Virus record (IMG/VR): IMGVR_UViG_3300030503_000396
Source of the DNA: an uncultured virus (IMG/VR IMGVR_UViG_3300030503_000396)
Taxonomy: Duplodnaviria; Heunggongvirae; Uroviricota; Caudoviricetes
Reading direction: 5' to 3' (one strand)
Length of the DNA stretch: 64,000 nucleotides
The first letter of the stretch is position 1. Every line of letters begins with the position of its first letter. The notes beneath the pieces were generated by a model, which did not search any database, had not been told where the DNA came from, and was given only the letters and a program-made list of their open reading frames with translations. The position numbers were made by a program, and so were the translations under genes. Shown piece by piece: positions 40,069 to 49,672 of this stretch.

Positions 40069-40547
40069 TGGCAAGCACACCATCAGGGACAGTAACCCAG
40101 TACGGGCTAAACGGAGGGCAGGCGCTATACACTGATACGGGCAGCTATGGCACAGTTTCATCTCGTGTGTTAACTGTATATGACTTTAATGGTAATGTTC
40201 TTGAAACGTTTACTATGGGTGCTTCATTAACTCAAATATACACTTATACAGCAGATGCATGGTTTCATTTTCAATGTGTTGTTACTGATAACGTTTCAGG
40301 CAGTCCGTGGATTACTGATGTGTATTGGGTTTCTCAAGGGTTTTATTGGCAAACATACCAGCTTGTTTACAACGCCTCTAACTGTGGCTGTGTGAATAAC
40401 AATTTAAACTTGGTTATCAGCCAACTTGCTTTGGCAGATGCGTTACGTGCTAACTTAGCAGGACTTGAAGGAGCAGCACAAGCCAATAGGGCTATAATTG
40501 CAGCCAATGTATATGTTAATCAATCCGCAGTAATACAATTAGTATGA
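40068..40547 (+). CDS. Putative structural (tail/collar) protein
   Basis: CGC motif; translational coupling. Confidence 0.55.
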   Translation: MASTPSGTVTQYGLNGGQALYTDTGSYGTVSSRVLTVYDFNGNVLETFTMGASLTQIYTYTADAWFHFQCVVTDNVSGSPWITDVYWVSQGFYWQTYQLVYNASNCGCVNNNLNLVISQLALADALRANLAGLEGAAQANRAIIAANVYVNQSAVIQLV

Positions 40548-40548
40548 T

Positions 40549-41103
40549 ATGGCAGTACCCCCTAATGTATCGGAACAGATTTTAACCGCACAGTTGAAAT
40601 TAGCCAATATGGTTGATGCTAATATTGTATCATTGCAAGGCGGTTCTTTATTTGCCGACTGGATACCATCAATAAAAGCATGGGTCAATATAAACCTTGT
40701 TTCATGGCTTAATGGTATTGGCGATAATTCGTCAAGTAGCTTTCAATCCGCTTATTCATGTATGAACTATTTTGTCGGAACATACGCAGGCGGCACAATA
40801 GACCCTAATGCTCAAAATCCAGGGGTGGTGATAGATGTAACCGAAACGGTAATTGCCTCTACTACCGCCCGCATAGCTTTTACTGATACGTTAACAATAA
40901 ACTGGCAGACCGATATTGTGCCAGAGTATACCAAAACTTATGCCTCGTTATTTGGAAACGGATTGCCAATATACTCTTTCTATTCATCTTCATCGGGTGA
41001 GTATGATGCTAATCAACCGCAGTTGGCTTTTGTTACCGCAGGGGGGTTAATTACAACGGCTACTTGCAACCAACCAGGCACATGGCTCTTAATATTGAGT
41101 TAG
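40549..41103 (+). CDS. Putative structural protein
   Basis: Operon continuation. Confidence 0.55.
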   Translation: MAVPPNVSEQILTAQLKLANMVDANIVSLQGGSLFADWIPSIKAWVNINLVSWLNGIGDNSSSSFQSAYSCMNYFVGTYAGGTIDPNAQNPGVVIDVTETVIASTTARIAFTDTLTINWQTDIVPEYTKTYASLFGNGLPIYSFYSSSSGEYDANQPQLAFVTAGGLITTATCNQPGTWLLILS

Positions 41104-41266
41104 GGGAAGGGGGTGGAAGTATTTTTTGCTTTTCTCGATGCTGCTTAATTAAAAAAATAGCGTACTCTACATCTGATAAAAACTGTTTTGTTTTAACGGG
41201 TGGATTTGTCAGCATGTCTTCTAAAGATAAAAGCGGGTCTTTCATAATAAATCTTCGTATGGTGTG

Positions 41267-41590
41267 TTAAGTTGTTTTAGGGGGTTGTGGTAGGGCATCA
41301 GCAACCAGTTTTATAGCCCTTATAACCAAATCCAATTCATTAGGAGTTTCATTGCCCGTAAGTACGGAATATCCGGCTTGTAGGGCTTCCTTTACCACTT
41401 CACCCATGCGCTGTTTGTGGGCGTTGTAGCCAGCGATGTAGTCAAAATAGCGGGTTGTATACTTTTCTTCATCGTTTGGATTAACGCAACAAGTTTCAAG
41501 GTGCGAAATTGCTAATTTATGCCATTCGCTGTTTAATATCTCCTGCTCCTGACTGGTTTCTTCCTTTTCGGGTGTTGGGTTATTTTGCAT
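41267..41590 (-). CDS. Hypothetical protein
   Basis: Leftward accessory operon. Confidence 0.6.
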   Translation of the reverse strand: MQNNPTPEKEETSQEQEILNSEWHKLAISHLETCCVNPNDEEKYTTRYFDYIAGYNAHKQRMGEVVKEALQAGYSVLTGNETPNELDLVIRAIKLVADALPQPPKTT

Positions 41591-41601
41591 GGTTAGTTAA
41601 G

Positions 41602-41964
41602 TTAAAGGGATAAAAAATTAGGGCTTGTAATAAAATCTATCACTGCATTATATGTAGCATCAATCAAAGTTTTGCCTTCATATACAGGGCATCGATTAAA
41701 CCTAACTAAAAACTTGCCGTCTATTGTTGATTTACCAAATGTTCTTAAATATGCATGATCTTCACCATTATCGTACTCATGTGTGATTATCTTCTCAACT
41801 ACCGGCATTAATGCGTTCCAGGAAGTGTCGTATATAAATGAATTGATACTACACCAATCTTCGCTCTTTTCATAATGCTCATTAGTAAATTCATTTTCAG
41901 AAGTAGGAACATATACCCAGCCGTCGAACTCCGCTATAATCCTATTACTTTCTTTCTTTTCCAT
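41602..41964 (-). CDS. Hypothetical phage protein
   Basis: NRIIAEFDG...YDTSWNALMPVVEKI...YNAVIDFI pattern. Confidence 0.7.
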   Translation of the reverse strand: MEKKESNRIIAEFDGWVYVPTSENEFTNEHYEKSEDWCSINSFIYDTSWNALMPVVEKIITHEYDNGEDHAYLRTFGKSTIDGKFLVRFNRCPVYEGKTLIDATYNAVIDFITSPNFLSL

Positions 41965-41989
41965 AATTTTATTACCGATAATGGTTAGG

Positions 41990-42346
41990 TTAAATAGGTT
42001 TAATTATAGTGCTTTGCATAGCCTTTAATTCTCTTAACTTATCTTCAAGCGAAGCAATACGTTTTTGAGTTTTGGTCTTTAGAAATTCGGTTCGACTTTT
42101 AATCGGAACTTCAAAGTCTTTTTCATTTGGAAGCAAGTCCGTTGGAAGCACATTTAACGCCTTTGCTATTTTCAATAAAACCATACATGTAAAACCATGT
42201 TCCCCACTCTCCATGTTGGCTATACTTACACGTGTTAACCCAACTGTAAAAGCTAAATCATCTTGTGATATACCCGCCATGTTTCTTAACTCTTTTAGGC
42301 GCTTTGCCATGTGTATTTGCAATTCTAAATCTTTATGACTTTTCAT
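41990..42346 (-). CDS. XRE-family HTH regulator
   Basis: LKELRNMAGISQDDLAFTVGLTRVSIANMESG; likely start at 42346. Confidence 0.85.
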   Translation of the reverse strand: MKSHKDLELQIHMAKRLKELRNMAGISQDDLAFTVGLTRVSIANMESGEHGFTCMVLLKIAKALNVLPTDLLPNEKDFEVPIKSRTEFLKTKTQKRIASLEDKLRELKAMQSTIIKPI

Positions 42347-42368
42347 CCTCTTTATGCCGTTTATGGGG

Positions 42369-42887
42369 TTAGGAAAGGTTAAAAGGTATTGGTTGAATAT
42401 CCGATTTGCAATAAAGCGGGTGTTTTGGGCTACCGTTCTTATTGATAAATAAAGCATAGGCATTCGGGAATAGTTTTTTAATTTCTTCATCCCTGCCAAA
42501 TACGTTAAAATTACCCCAAGCAAATATTACTTTATCGGATTGTTTAGCAGTATCAATCAGCCAATTATCGGCATTATGTACGTTACCCTGTTTGATATTT
42601 AGCTTTTTAGGGTCGGTTGATATGAATGTAAACAGATTCATCATATACACGCCTCCGTAACCCCATGACTTAGCCATTGATTGAACACGCCTAATTGTTG
42701 GATCGTTAGATGTTTCATTGGCAGTAGACGGGTTTAAACCTATAAACATCACTCTCGGCTTTTCTTTATCCCAAATTCGAGATAACCAAATTCTATGCAC
42801 CCTATCTGATGAAAATAAAGCATTATCTTCTCTATTAAATAAATCACTCATATCATTTAACCCACTTTTTAAATATATTCTGTTCAA
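42369..42887 (-). CDS. DUF1643 family protein
   Basis: FIGLNPSTA...DPTIRR...NLF...AWG...PKHPLY. Confidence 0.9.
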   Translation of the reverse strand: MNRIYLKSGLNDMSDLFNREDNALFSSDRVHRIWLSRIWDKEKPRVMFIGLNPSTANETSNDPTIRRVQSMAKSWGYGGVYMMNLFTFISTDPKKLNIKQGNVHNADNWLIDTAKQSDKVIFAWGNFNVFGRDEEIKKLFPNAYALFINKNGSPKHPLYCKSDIQPIPFNLS

Positions 42888-43086
42888 TATCGCCTTTAAC
42901 CATTATGCAGGCGTAGTCTACTCTCGGTCGGTCAGCAATAAATTTGCATATCTTAATGGCATCATCGTAGCTAAAATAAACGCTATCGTTTCCTTCCGAT
43001 AATACAAAACCATGGTTATCGTGGTGTTCTAAGTGCTTGCCCATATCAATGTCAAGTACTTCTATTTTGGTTAATTTATCGCCCAT
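42853..43086 (-). CDS. Hypothetical protein
   Basis: Operon packing. Confidence 0.5.
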   Translation of the reverse strand: MGDKLTKIEVLDIDMGKHLEHHDNHGFVLSEGNDSVYFSYDDAIKICKFIADRPRVDYACIMVKGDIEQNIFKKWVK

Positions 43087-43092
43087 CTTTTC

Positions 43093-43500
43093 CTAACTTT
43101 TTGCAGTAATGTTTAATTGGTTGATAAGGGCATACAATTCAGATAACTTAATGTACTCGACTTTCCAATCTGTTGAGTTGCCATAATACTCATGTTCCGT
43201 CTCGTTATTGTCATGTATAAGCCCTGTTATTGCTCTGTAATGAAGATAACTTATGTTAGGGCATATTTCAGCCAAAACCAAATCAAGAACTTTCATTCTG
43301 TCAGATGGTGGTTCTTCATTATATGGTTGCGGGTCGCTATCATCCCAACAAGAACCGCCACTATAGCCACCTGTTTCATATCGGCAATAAATAACCTTTT
43401 CTTTAATTCCAATAGGTATACCGTATGGTTCAAAGAATATGCCTTGATTATAAGGACATTCGTTATTGATCTGTTTTATTTGCTCTTCTGTTAATTCCAT
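43093..43500 (-). CDS. Hypothetical phage protein
   Basis: ETGGYSGGSCWD...EYYGN pattern. Confidence 0.7.
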   Translation of the reverse strand: MELTEEQIKQINNECPYNQGIFFEPYGIPIGIKEKVIYCRYETGGYSGGSCWDDSDPQPYNEEPPSDRMKVLDLVLAEICPNISYLHYRAITGLIHDNNETEHEYYGNSTDWKVEYIKLSELYALINQLNITAKS

Positions 43501-43519
43501 TTTCTCTTTTTTCTTAATC

Positions 43520-44161
43520 TTAAAATAACCGCCCGTTAGGGGGTGTTAAAATCATGTAACCTTTTTCGAAATAAAAATCTTTAATAACGCCCCTGTTAAC
43601 CATGCCCATTAAACTACTATTAGCACTGGTTAATGAGCCATAATGATGTTTAACAATGGATAAAACATTTTTAGATAAATCCTTACCTTGTTTCCTTTGC
43701 AAGTGCTTTGTTATCTCTGTGACCGTATTGCTAAAGGCCGTTATACGACCAGATTGCACACCTGCTGTATTTTCTTTTTGCCATTCTGCCAATTTTGGTT
43801 TAATTATTTTACGATTTAATTTGGGGGCAAGCGTTTCATAAGGCTGTCCCATTTCACCATCATTCATACATAAAACCTCAATTATACCTATACCATATTC
43901 TTTACATATTTGATATGCGAATGAGCGACTTTTTGTTCTTGGTATCAGTACATAAGAGTAATTGGCAAACATTTTGTTTTTAACAGCTTGCTCTATAACA
44001 TCAAAACTAAAAGAAGTTTTAGCCTCAAAAGCTGTAATAATATTATGTTTAAGTGTAACAATATCAATAATACCACCACAAGGCACTTCTTTAAACACTT
44101 CATGATCTAAAAGATATTTATCAATAAAATGGGTAGCTAAAGCACTTTCTGATTTCTTCAT
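43520..44161 (-). CDS. PD-(D/E)xK nuclease-like protein (MmcB-like)
   Basis: EV...IDIV...FEAK...QA...ANYSY...YGIGII. Confidence 0.7.
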   Translation of the reverse strand: MKKSESALATHFIDKYLLDHEVFKEVPCGGIIDIVTLKHNIITAFEAKTSFSFDVIEQAVKNKMFANYSYVLIPRTKSRSFAYQICKEYGIGIIEVLCMNDGEMGQPYETLAPKLNRKIIKPKLAEWQKENTAGVQSGRITAFSNTVTEITKHLQRKQGKDLSKNVLSIVKHHYGSLTSANSSLMGMVNRGVIKDFYFEKGYMILTPPNGRLF

Positions 44162-44235
44162 ATATTTTTTTTTCCTTTTTTATCCTCCAATTAAAGGGCG
44201 GCTTTGCCTTGCGCTACACCGCCCTAATGTTTCTG

Positions 44236-44528
44236 TGGAGATGGAGGGATTCGAACCCTCGTCCAGTCATAGTAACAACAATGTATTTCTTACAGTTTAG
44301 CTATTTAGAGCATAGCTGCTTATTAAAGGGTCAACCGATTAGGGTTGAGAATCCACCAACCTGTTTTAAGTTCAGGTAAACTATTGATTGTCGCTTCTTG
44401 CCTCTTAGGCTGCCATGCGATACTCGTTAGAGTTATCGATTATTATTTGGTATACATTATAAGCACTATAATACCATTGTGCTACTGTAACATTATCATT
44501 CTCTATCCCGTCAATTCCAGTCATCCCC
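44236..44528 (-). ncRNA. ssrA: tmRNA (293 nt), tag peptide (A)DNSNEYRMAA
   Basis: 5' GGGGAUGACUGGAAUUGAC; 3' GACGAGGGUUCGAAUCCCUCCAUCUCCA; G3:U pair; pk1 AGCAC/GUGCU with UGGUAU/AUACCA; tag ORF 44437-44405. Confidence 0.95.
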
Positions 44529-44533
44529 AAATT

Positions 44534-44780
44534 AAGCCTGCCGTCACTATCGCAGATCGGGCAGGCTATAAACCTAAACTATCACCTTATCATATGCAGA
44601 ACGCATATTGGAATCGAACCCAAGAACTACCATAGTCTTTCAGCGCATCCGCTTACTTTTCCGATTCGAACGGCATCCGTATATCTACGGGAGAAACCTT
44701 TACTCACTGCTTTCACCACCAAATGCCTAAGTCCCGAAGAACGTTAGGCTAAACCGAGGCGCGGTAGTATTCCCCACCAG
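44534..44780 (-). ncRNA. Candidate structured RNA with two T-loops upstream of the tmRNA
   Basis: Serial hairpins, cUUCGg loop, CCGUUCGAAUCGG and UUGGGUUCGAUUCCAA. Confidence 0.55.
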
Positions 44781-44789
44781 ACAATTTGG

Positions 44790-45134
44790 TTATTTTTTAA
44801 TAGGTATCAACAAGTGTTCTATTTCGCATTCACCACGTAAATATTCAAGTCCTGACATTCCAGCGAGCCATAAATCATGCAATTCCATATCCTCTTCATC
44901 TTCTTCATTTGCTGATGGGTATTTGGAATACACATAATCTTCTGAACGTTTATTTTTAATGGTGTCAATTCTAACATCATGTTTAGCCCAATTATCAGAG
45001 CCAAACATATTGTAATGTTTACACTCCGATTTATTGATTTCTAATAATTCAACCGCTTTTTCTATTTCAGAATCGGTACGTTTATATATTTCTGTTTTCA
45101 TATCTATTTGATTTAATTTATATATTTCTCCCAA
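44790..45134 (-). CDS. Hypothetical protein
   Basis: Start probably internal (MKTEIY). Confidence 0.6.
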   Translation of the reverse strand: MGEIYKLNQIDMKTEIYKRTDSEIEKAVELLEINKSECKHYNMFGSDNWAKHDVRIDTIKNKRSEDYVYSKYPSANEEDEEDMELHDLWLAGMSGLEYLRGECEIEHLLIPIKK

Positions 45135-45267
45135 AACTCTTTATCTTCCGTTGCACCAAAGCGTTATGCAATTTCATATACTTAAAGAACATTTTCCAGT
45201 CGCCTGCTTCAAAAGCGCAATCAGCCATGTAGATTGATTTGTCGAATAGTGGTTGATAGTTCATTGG

Positions 45268-45588
45268 TTATGAATTAGCGGTTATGTAATCTGTTAAAAC
45301 AAAATCAGTATTATCAGCTAAGTACTCAAAAGGGTTAATATAACGCTCATCCATGCCATCGCACTCGGGGTTTTGCATACGATAATTGATAAATGTTTCG
45401 TGGTTTAGCTCATTTTGTACAATGTGATTAACCAATGAATCCTCACTAATCTGCATAGTAACATTATTTTCGTTTTCACATGATTCATCCCAATAATCAA
45501 CGGTATAAGTACTGCCTTTTTTATTTACCGCTAAAATGTCTATTTGTGCTGTTTTCATAATACTTGTTGTTGATTGTGATGTAAACAT
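45268..45588 (-). CDS. Hypothetical protein
   Basis: Start probably MKTAQID. Confidence 0.6.
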   Translation of the reverse strand: MFTSQSTTSIMKTAQIDILAVNKKGSTYTVDYWDESCENENNVTMQISEDSLVNHIVQNELNHETFINYRMQNPECDGMDERYINPFEYLADNTDFVLTDYITANS

Positions 45589-45614
45589 ACATGTATATTT
45601 TAATATACCAAATA

Positions 45615-45794
45615 TTATTGTAAAATAATTTCAATTTTTTTTATTTCATCAGCATTTAGCTTACGCCCATGGGCATTCCTTAGCTTGCTGCTTAGTTTTG
45701 CCATAGCTGATTTTATAGGCAAATTAGGGTAAAGCCTTTCCGCTACCCATTTTTGGGTAAACTTTCCGTTGATTAGGTTTTGTATTTCACTCAT
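45615..45794 (-). CDS. 59-aa Cro-like HTH protein (not in track)
   Basis: MSEIQNLINGKFTQKWVAERLYP...LSSKLRN...LNADEIKKIEIILQ. Confidence 0.65.
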   Translation of the reverse strand: MSEIQNLINGKFTQKWVAERLYPNLPIKSAMAKLSSKLRNAHGRKLNADEIKKIEIILQ

Positions 45795-45797
45795 ATG

Positions 45798-46275
45798 TTA
45801 TTTATTATACTTAACGTTCAATAAATTGAACCCCCATGTTTTTATTAGTTGAATATAAAAGAATTCCCAAAAAGAGGGATAGTTCATCGTCTACTATATC
45901 TATTATTTCAAATAAGGGAGTTATATTTTGAGATTTTAAATAAAAAATTTCATTAGATATGGGAGTTGAATTCGGGGTATTAAAGTGGCTTACTTTCCTA
46001 TTATTAGGATCGTGTGTTTTAGTTTTACCTATGTATATTATTTGTTTAGAAACAGGATTAGATATTGTATAGATATATGTTTTTATACCCTTAATGGTTT
46101 TCCAATCTTTATTTTTTTTGTTTTGACACTTTTTACATATCCAGTGCAGCCCTGTGGTTATATTTTGCTTATTCAATGAATATGAAGCAATTGGCAAAGT
46201 CTGCTTACAAGCCGTACAATACTTTCTATGTTGCAGTGGCTGATAGGTTATATTGTTTAATATTTGCGTAACCAT
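45798..46275 (-). pseudogene. Zn-finger plus GIY-YIG endonuclease, frameshifted at a T5 run (45869-45873)
   Basis: CTAC..CKKC, YIY..YIGKT; removing one T restores WEFFYIQLIKTWGFNLLN. Confidence 0.7.
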
Positions 46276-46280
46276 TTTAT

Positions 46281-46577
46281 TTATTTTTTTGGCGAGTTGC
46301 TCAATTTAATTGAAGTGTAATGCCTATGCATGTCAATAGCTTTTTTAAGCGAGGCGTAACCACGTGGTAAATTACCGCCGCCGCTTGCGCCAGTTGGCAG
46401 GCTATAAAATATAGTTTTTAATTGTAGCATGGTGTAGTCTTTAAATAAGACGTATTCATCATCTATAAAGTCGTTTTGGTATTGCTCTAAAATTTCATTC
46501 ATGTCGTTGTGGCTATTTGCTTCTTTCATATTTCCATTTGTATACGCAAATATACGTTTTATATATCGTTTTTTCAA
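46281..46577 (-). CDS. Hypothetical protein
   Basis: Start uncertain. Confidence 0.4.
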   Translation of the reverse strand: MKKRYIKRIFAYTNGNMKEANSHNDMNEILEQYQNDFIDDEYVLFKDYTMLQLKTIFYSLPTGASGGGNLPRGYASLKKAIDMHRHYTSIKLSNSPKK

Positions 46578-46591
46578 ATTATCTTTAAGCC

Positions 46592-49500
46592 ATGTTTAAG
46601 CGATTAACACTTTTCATCCTCCTATGCATCCCGTTCGCTGTAATGGGGCAGACAGATCCGACACCGACCGCCCCCGTAGCTAAACCTGTAACGTCCTATC
46701 AGCAAGTCCTAAGTGGCGATACTACTACATGGGCATATCAAAATACAAAATGGTTCGAGTTAGTTAACAGGGCGTGGCTGAAGAATAATTATGTGTCTTT
46801 AGCGGATAGTAATGTGTTATTCCCTACTATAACGTACTTTAATACGCATCCGGGCATAGCAGCTACCCATTACGCTGATAGCCTAAGCGCATTATCGCCA
46901 CGTTTATTAGGAAATAATTTTTTTACAGGCAACCAAAATGTTAATGGAACAGTACAAGCCACACAATTTGAGTCGGGATTTAGTACTACGAGTGCTAACA
47001 CTTACAATTTTTTGATAGCGGGAAGCGATAATATTTTAAAATATACCCCCAATGTATTTGTAAGTACTGGAACATTAGATGTTAATTTACCAGTTCAATT
47101 TTCAGCCGAGGTCGCCGGGTATTCAACTCCGGTAAATAATAACGATTTTATTAGATTGATTGATTTACCTAGCGGTATAGTGGGGGGTACAGTAGTTAAT
47201 TCGGTAACAGGCACAGCAAATGAAATAATAGCTTCTTCGGCAACTGGATCGGTGACTTTAAGCACACCACAACCGATAGGGCTATCATCAACACCAACAT
47301 TTGGTGCCACGTATCTTAGTAACCAAACCGCTATTCCGGCTACCACCGGATCAACGGGCACATATTTATTTAGCTATAACAACCGAATGTCATATAAGAA
47401 TTTGGCAACTGGATATACCCGTAGCGAATATTCAAATTATCCCGGGACGGCGGTTTATAAATTTCCTTATTTGGCTGCTTCGACGCTGGCGGATAGTGCA
47501 AGCGTTCAATCAAAAATATACATCAATGTTGGCGATTATCTACCAGTCGGATATGTAGACAGTGTTACCGATGTTACAACGGCCATAAATAGCGCCTTAT
47601 CAGCCGTTCCCGCTGCAGGTGCAACAGTGTACTTTCCAAGTCATAAATATATTATATCGGGGGCGCTGAATGTCAATCCGTTTACCCATATTCTTGGTAA
47701 CGGCGGTTTAGCCCCGTATTCCGGTTCGGTTGGCACAAGCCCGGTAGGTGTATATGCGGGGGGTACATCTGTTATTATTCAGACAAGTCCAACAGCAAAC
47801 GCCTTTTATATAGCCAACGGCAGAGGTGTAAGTATAGAGGGCATAACGATAAAAAATGCAAGTACTACAACGCCTACGGCGGGTGCAGGTGTCTATATCG
47901 CTGCAAACGGTAACTCATTCCGAATGAATAATGTTTTTATTGGATATTTCTATGACAATTTTTATACGCTATCCCTTAATGAAAGTCGTGTAGAAGGCTG
48001 TCAGTTCGTAAATGATATACAGTATAATATGTATCTCTCCAATACTATAAACGACGAGGGAGATAACGATATTGACGATAACTGGTTCAACAGTTCAAGA
48101 TCATCTACCGCCGATGATATTTATGGAGCGTTTATAGGGGGGTTGAGAATTAAGAACAATAAATTCCATATTGGCGTGGGGGAGCGTGGAAATGGATATA
48201 AAGCCAACGCTATTGTTCTTGTATCAAACTCAACTACAGCCGATGTTCAAATCCAAAATAACAGTATTGAAGATTTTAAAAATAATGCAATAAACATATC
48301 CAATGCTTCGGGATTTACATTGGCTAACACGTTAATACAGAATAATCAAATATCGCGTGATACAACCGATAACGCTAATGATGTAGTGATAACCGGATTT
48401 GCTGCCGGAAACATAAACAACGTTAACTTCACTGGGAATACAGTAACGAACGTTGGTACTTATGCCAGTTTTAAAGCAACCAATGTAAATGGAATAAAGT
48501 TTGATGCGGTAACAAACACATTCAATAACCAAACCGCTATACTTGACAGTTTAGTAACCTGCACTAACTACGGTAATGTGACGCCATATTTAAGTTTTGC
48601 CAGTAGCGAAGCGGCCTTCCCAAGTGGGTTACCAATACCTATTATATATTCAACGCTGGCATCAGGCGTTTCCTATCCTTTTTTAACCGCAGGTAATTTA
48701 GAGTTAGAAAGTAGATCGGACGGTACAGCCCGGGATATTGATTTTGTTACTGGTACAACCCCTACATTACGGGGTGCGGTTACAGGGACTGGGCATTTTC
48801 TATTTGGAACAAGTACCGACAATGGTGCAGATTTGGTACAGGTGAATGGTAACATAAACACCACTTCTGAAACTATTGGTACAACGGCTACTTTCTCCTT
48901 TGGGGTGTCTGCATTTAACACCACATCCACCACACCATTGATATACGGGTCGGCAAGCTCCGGTAGCGTATACCCATTTCTTACAGCAGGCAATCTTGTT
49001 TTACAGAGCAGGGCTACAGGTGCAAATAGGGATATTGTATTTGTCGGCAACACTACACCAGTGGCGCAGGCTGAAATTTACGGAGCAACGGGTGATTTTC
49101 AAGTAGGTGGCACGGCCGGAACGGATGCAGGGTATGGTGCCTACATCGGTAAGAACGGCATTAATGGATATTTTTATGGGAGTCCCAATGTAAGTATTAA
49201 TACAAGTGGCAATCTTACATTAGGTGGTATTCCAACGGCTCCAACAGCCGCAGTAGCAACCAATACAACACAAATAGCAACAATGGCTGCTATACAGGCG
49301 GCTATCGCTTTAACACCACAGATAAAAGGAACGGCAGATTTAACTTCTCAAAGTGCAGCAGGTAATATAACCACATTCACTGTAGGGGCTTCCACGGCTA
49401 CTTTTGATGTGTCGGGGTATATAAACGTTACTGCGGTTACAACTGATGTTATAGAGGCTCAAATAACCTACACAGATGAGAATAGCACTGCTCAAACAAT

Positions 49501-49654
49501 AACATTAAGCAGCATAAGCGCAATAGGAAATAATTCATTTAGCAGTGGTAAAATCAGGTGTAAAAATGGTACTGTTATTACAGCTAAAACAACATTAACA
49601 ACTGGGATTGGTAGTATAACGTTTGATGCCGGTGCAAGAATTGTAATGTATTAA
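46592..49654 (+). CDS. Beta-helix (pectate lyase-like) tailspike/depolymerase-like protein with N-terminal signal peptide
   Basis: YINVGDY...TDVTTAINSAL...VYFPSHKYII, N-rich beta-helix turns, PTAPTAAVATNTTQIAT fibre motif; MFKRLTLFILLCIPFAVMG signal. Confidence 0.75.
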   Translation: MFKRLTLFILLCIPFAVMGQTDPTPTAPVAKPVTSYQQVLSGDTTTWAYQNTKWFELVNRAWLKNNYVSLADSNVLFPTITYFNTHPGIAATHYADSLSALSPRLLGNNFFTGNQNVNGTVQATQFESGFSTTSANTYNFLIAGSDNILKYTPNVFVSTGTLDVNLPVQFSAEVAGYSTPVNNNDFIRLIDLPSGIVGGTVVNSVTGTANEIIASSATGSVTLSTPQPIGLSSTPTFGATYLSNQTAIPATTGSTGTYLFSYNNRMSYKNLATGYTRSEYSNYPGTAVYKFPYLAASTLADSASVQSKIYINVGDYLPVGYVDSVTDVTTAINSALSAVPAAGATVYFPSHKYIISGALNVNPFTHILGNGGLAPYSGSVGTSPVGVYAGGTSVIIQTSPTANAFYIANGRGVSIEGITIKNASTTTPTAGAGVYIAANGNSFRMNNVFIGYFYDNFYTLSLNESRVEGCQFVNDIQYNMYLSNTINDEGDNDIDDNWFNSSRSSTADDIYGAFIGGLRIKNNKFHIGVGERGNGYKANAIVLVSNSTTADVQIQNNSIEDFKNNAINISNASGFTLANTLIQNNQISRDTTDNANDVVITGFAAGNINNVNFTGNTVTNVGTYASFKATNVNGIKFDAVTNTFNNQTAILDSLVTCTNYGNVTPYLSFASSEAAFPSGLPIPIIYSTLASGVSYPFLTAGNLELESRSDGTARDIDFVTGTTPTLRGAVTGTGHFLFGTSTDNGADLVQVNGNINTTSETIGTTATFSFGVSAFNTTSTTPLIYGSASSGSVYPFLTAGNLVLQSRATGANRDIVFVGNTTPVAQAEIYGATGDFQVGGTAGTDAGYGAYIGKNGINGYFYGSPNVSINTSGNLTLGGIPTAPTAAVATNTTQIATMAAIQAAIALTPQIKGTADLTSQSAAGNITTFTVGASTATFDVSGYINVTAVTTDVIEAQITYTDENSTAQTITLSSISAIGNNSFSSGKIRCKNGTVITAKTTLTTGIGSITFDAGARIVMY

Positions 49655-49672
49655 TCCTTTAAAAAACATATC

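Noticed and set aside
44345..44635. 96-aa plus-strand ORF
   Set aside because: Antisense to the tmRNA and the structured RNA; TTG start; no protein features
44596..44652. Canonical tRNA gene
   Set aside because: A T-arm is present but there is no anticodon arm and it is too short; kept only as a tRNA-like element
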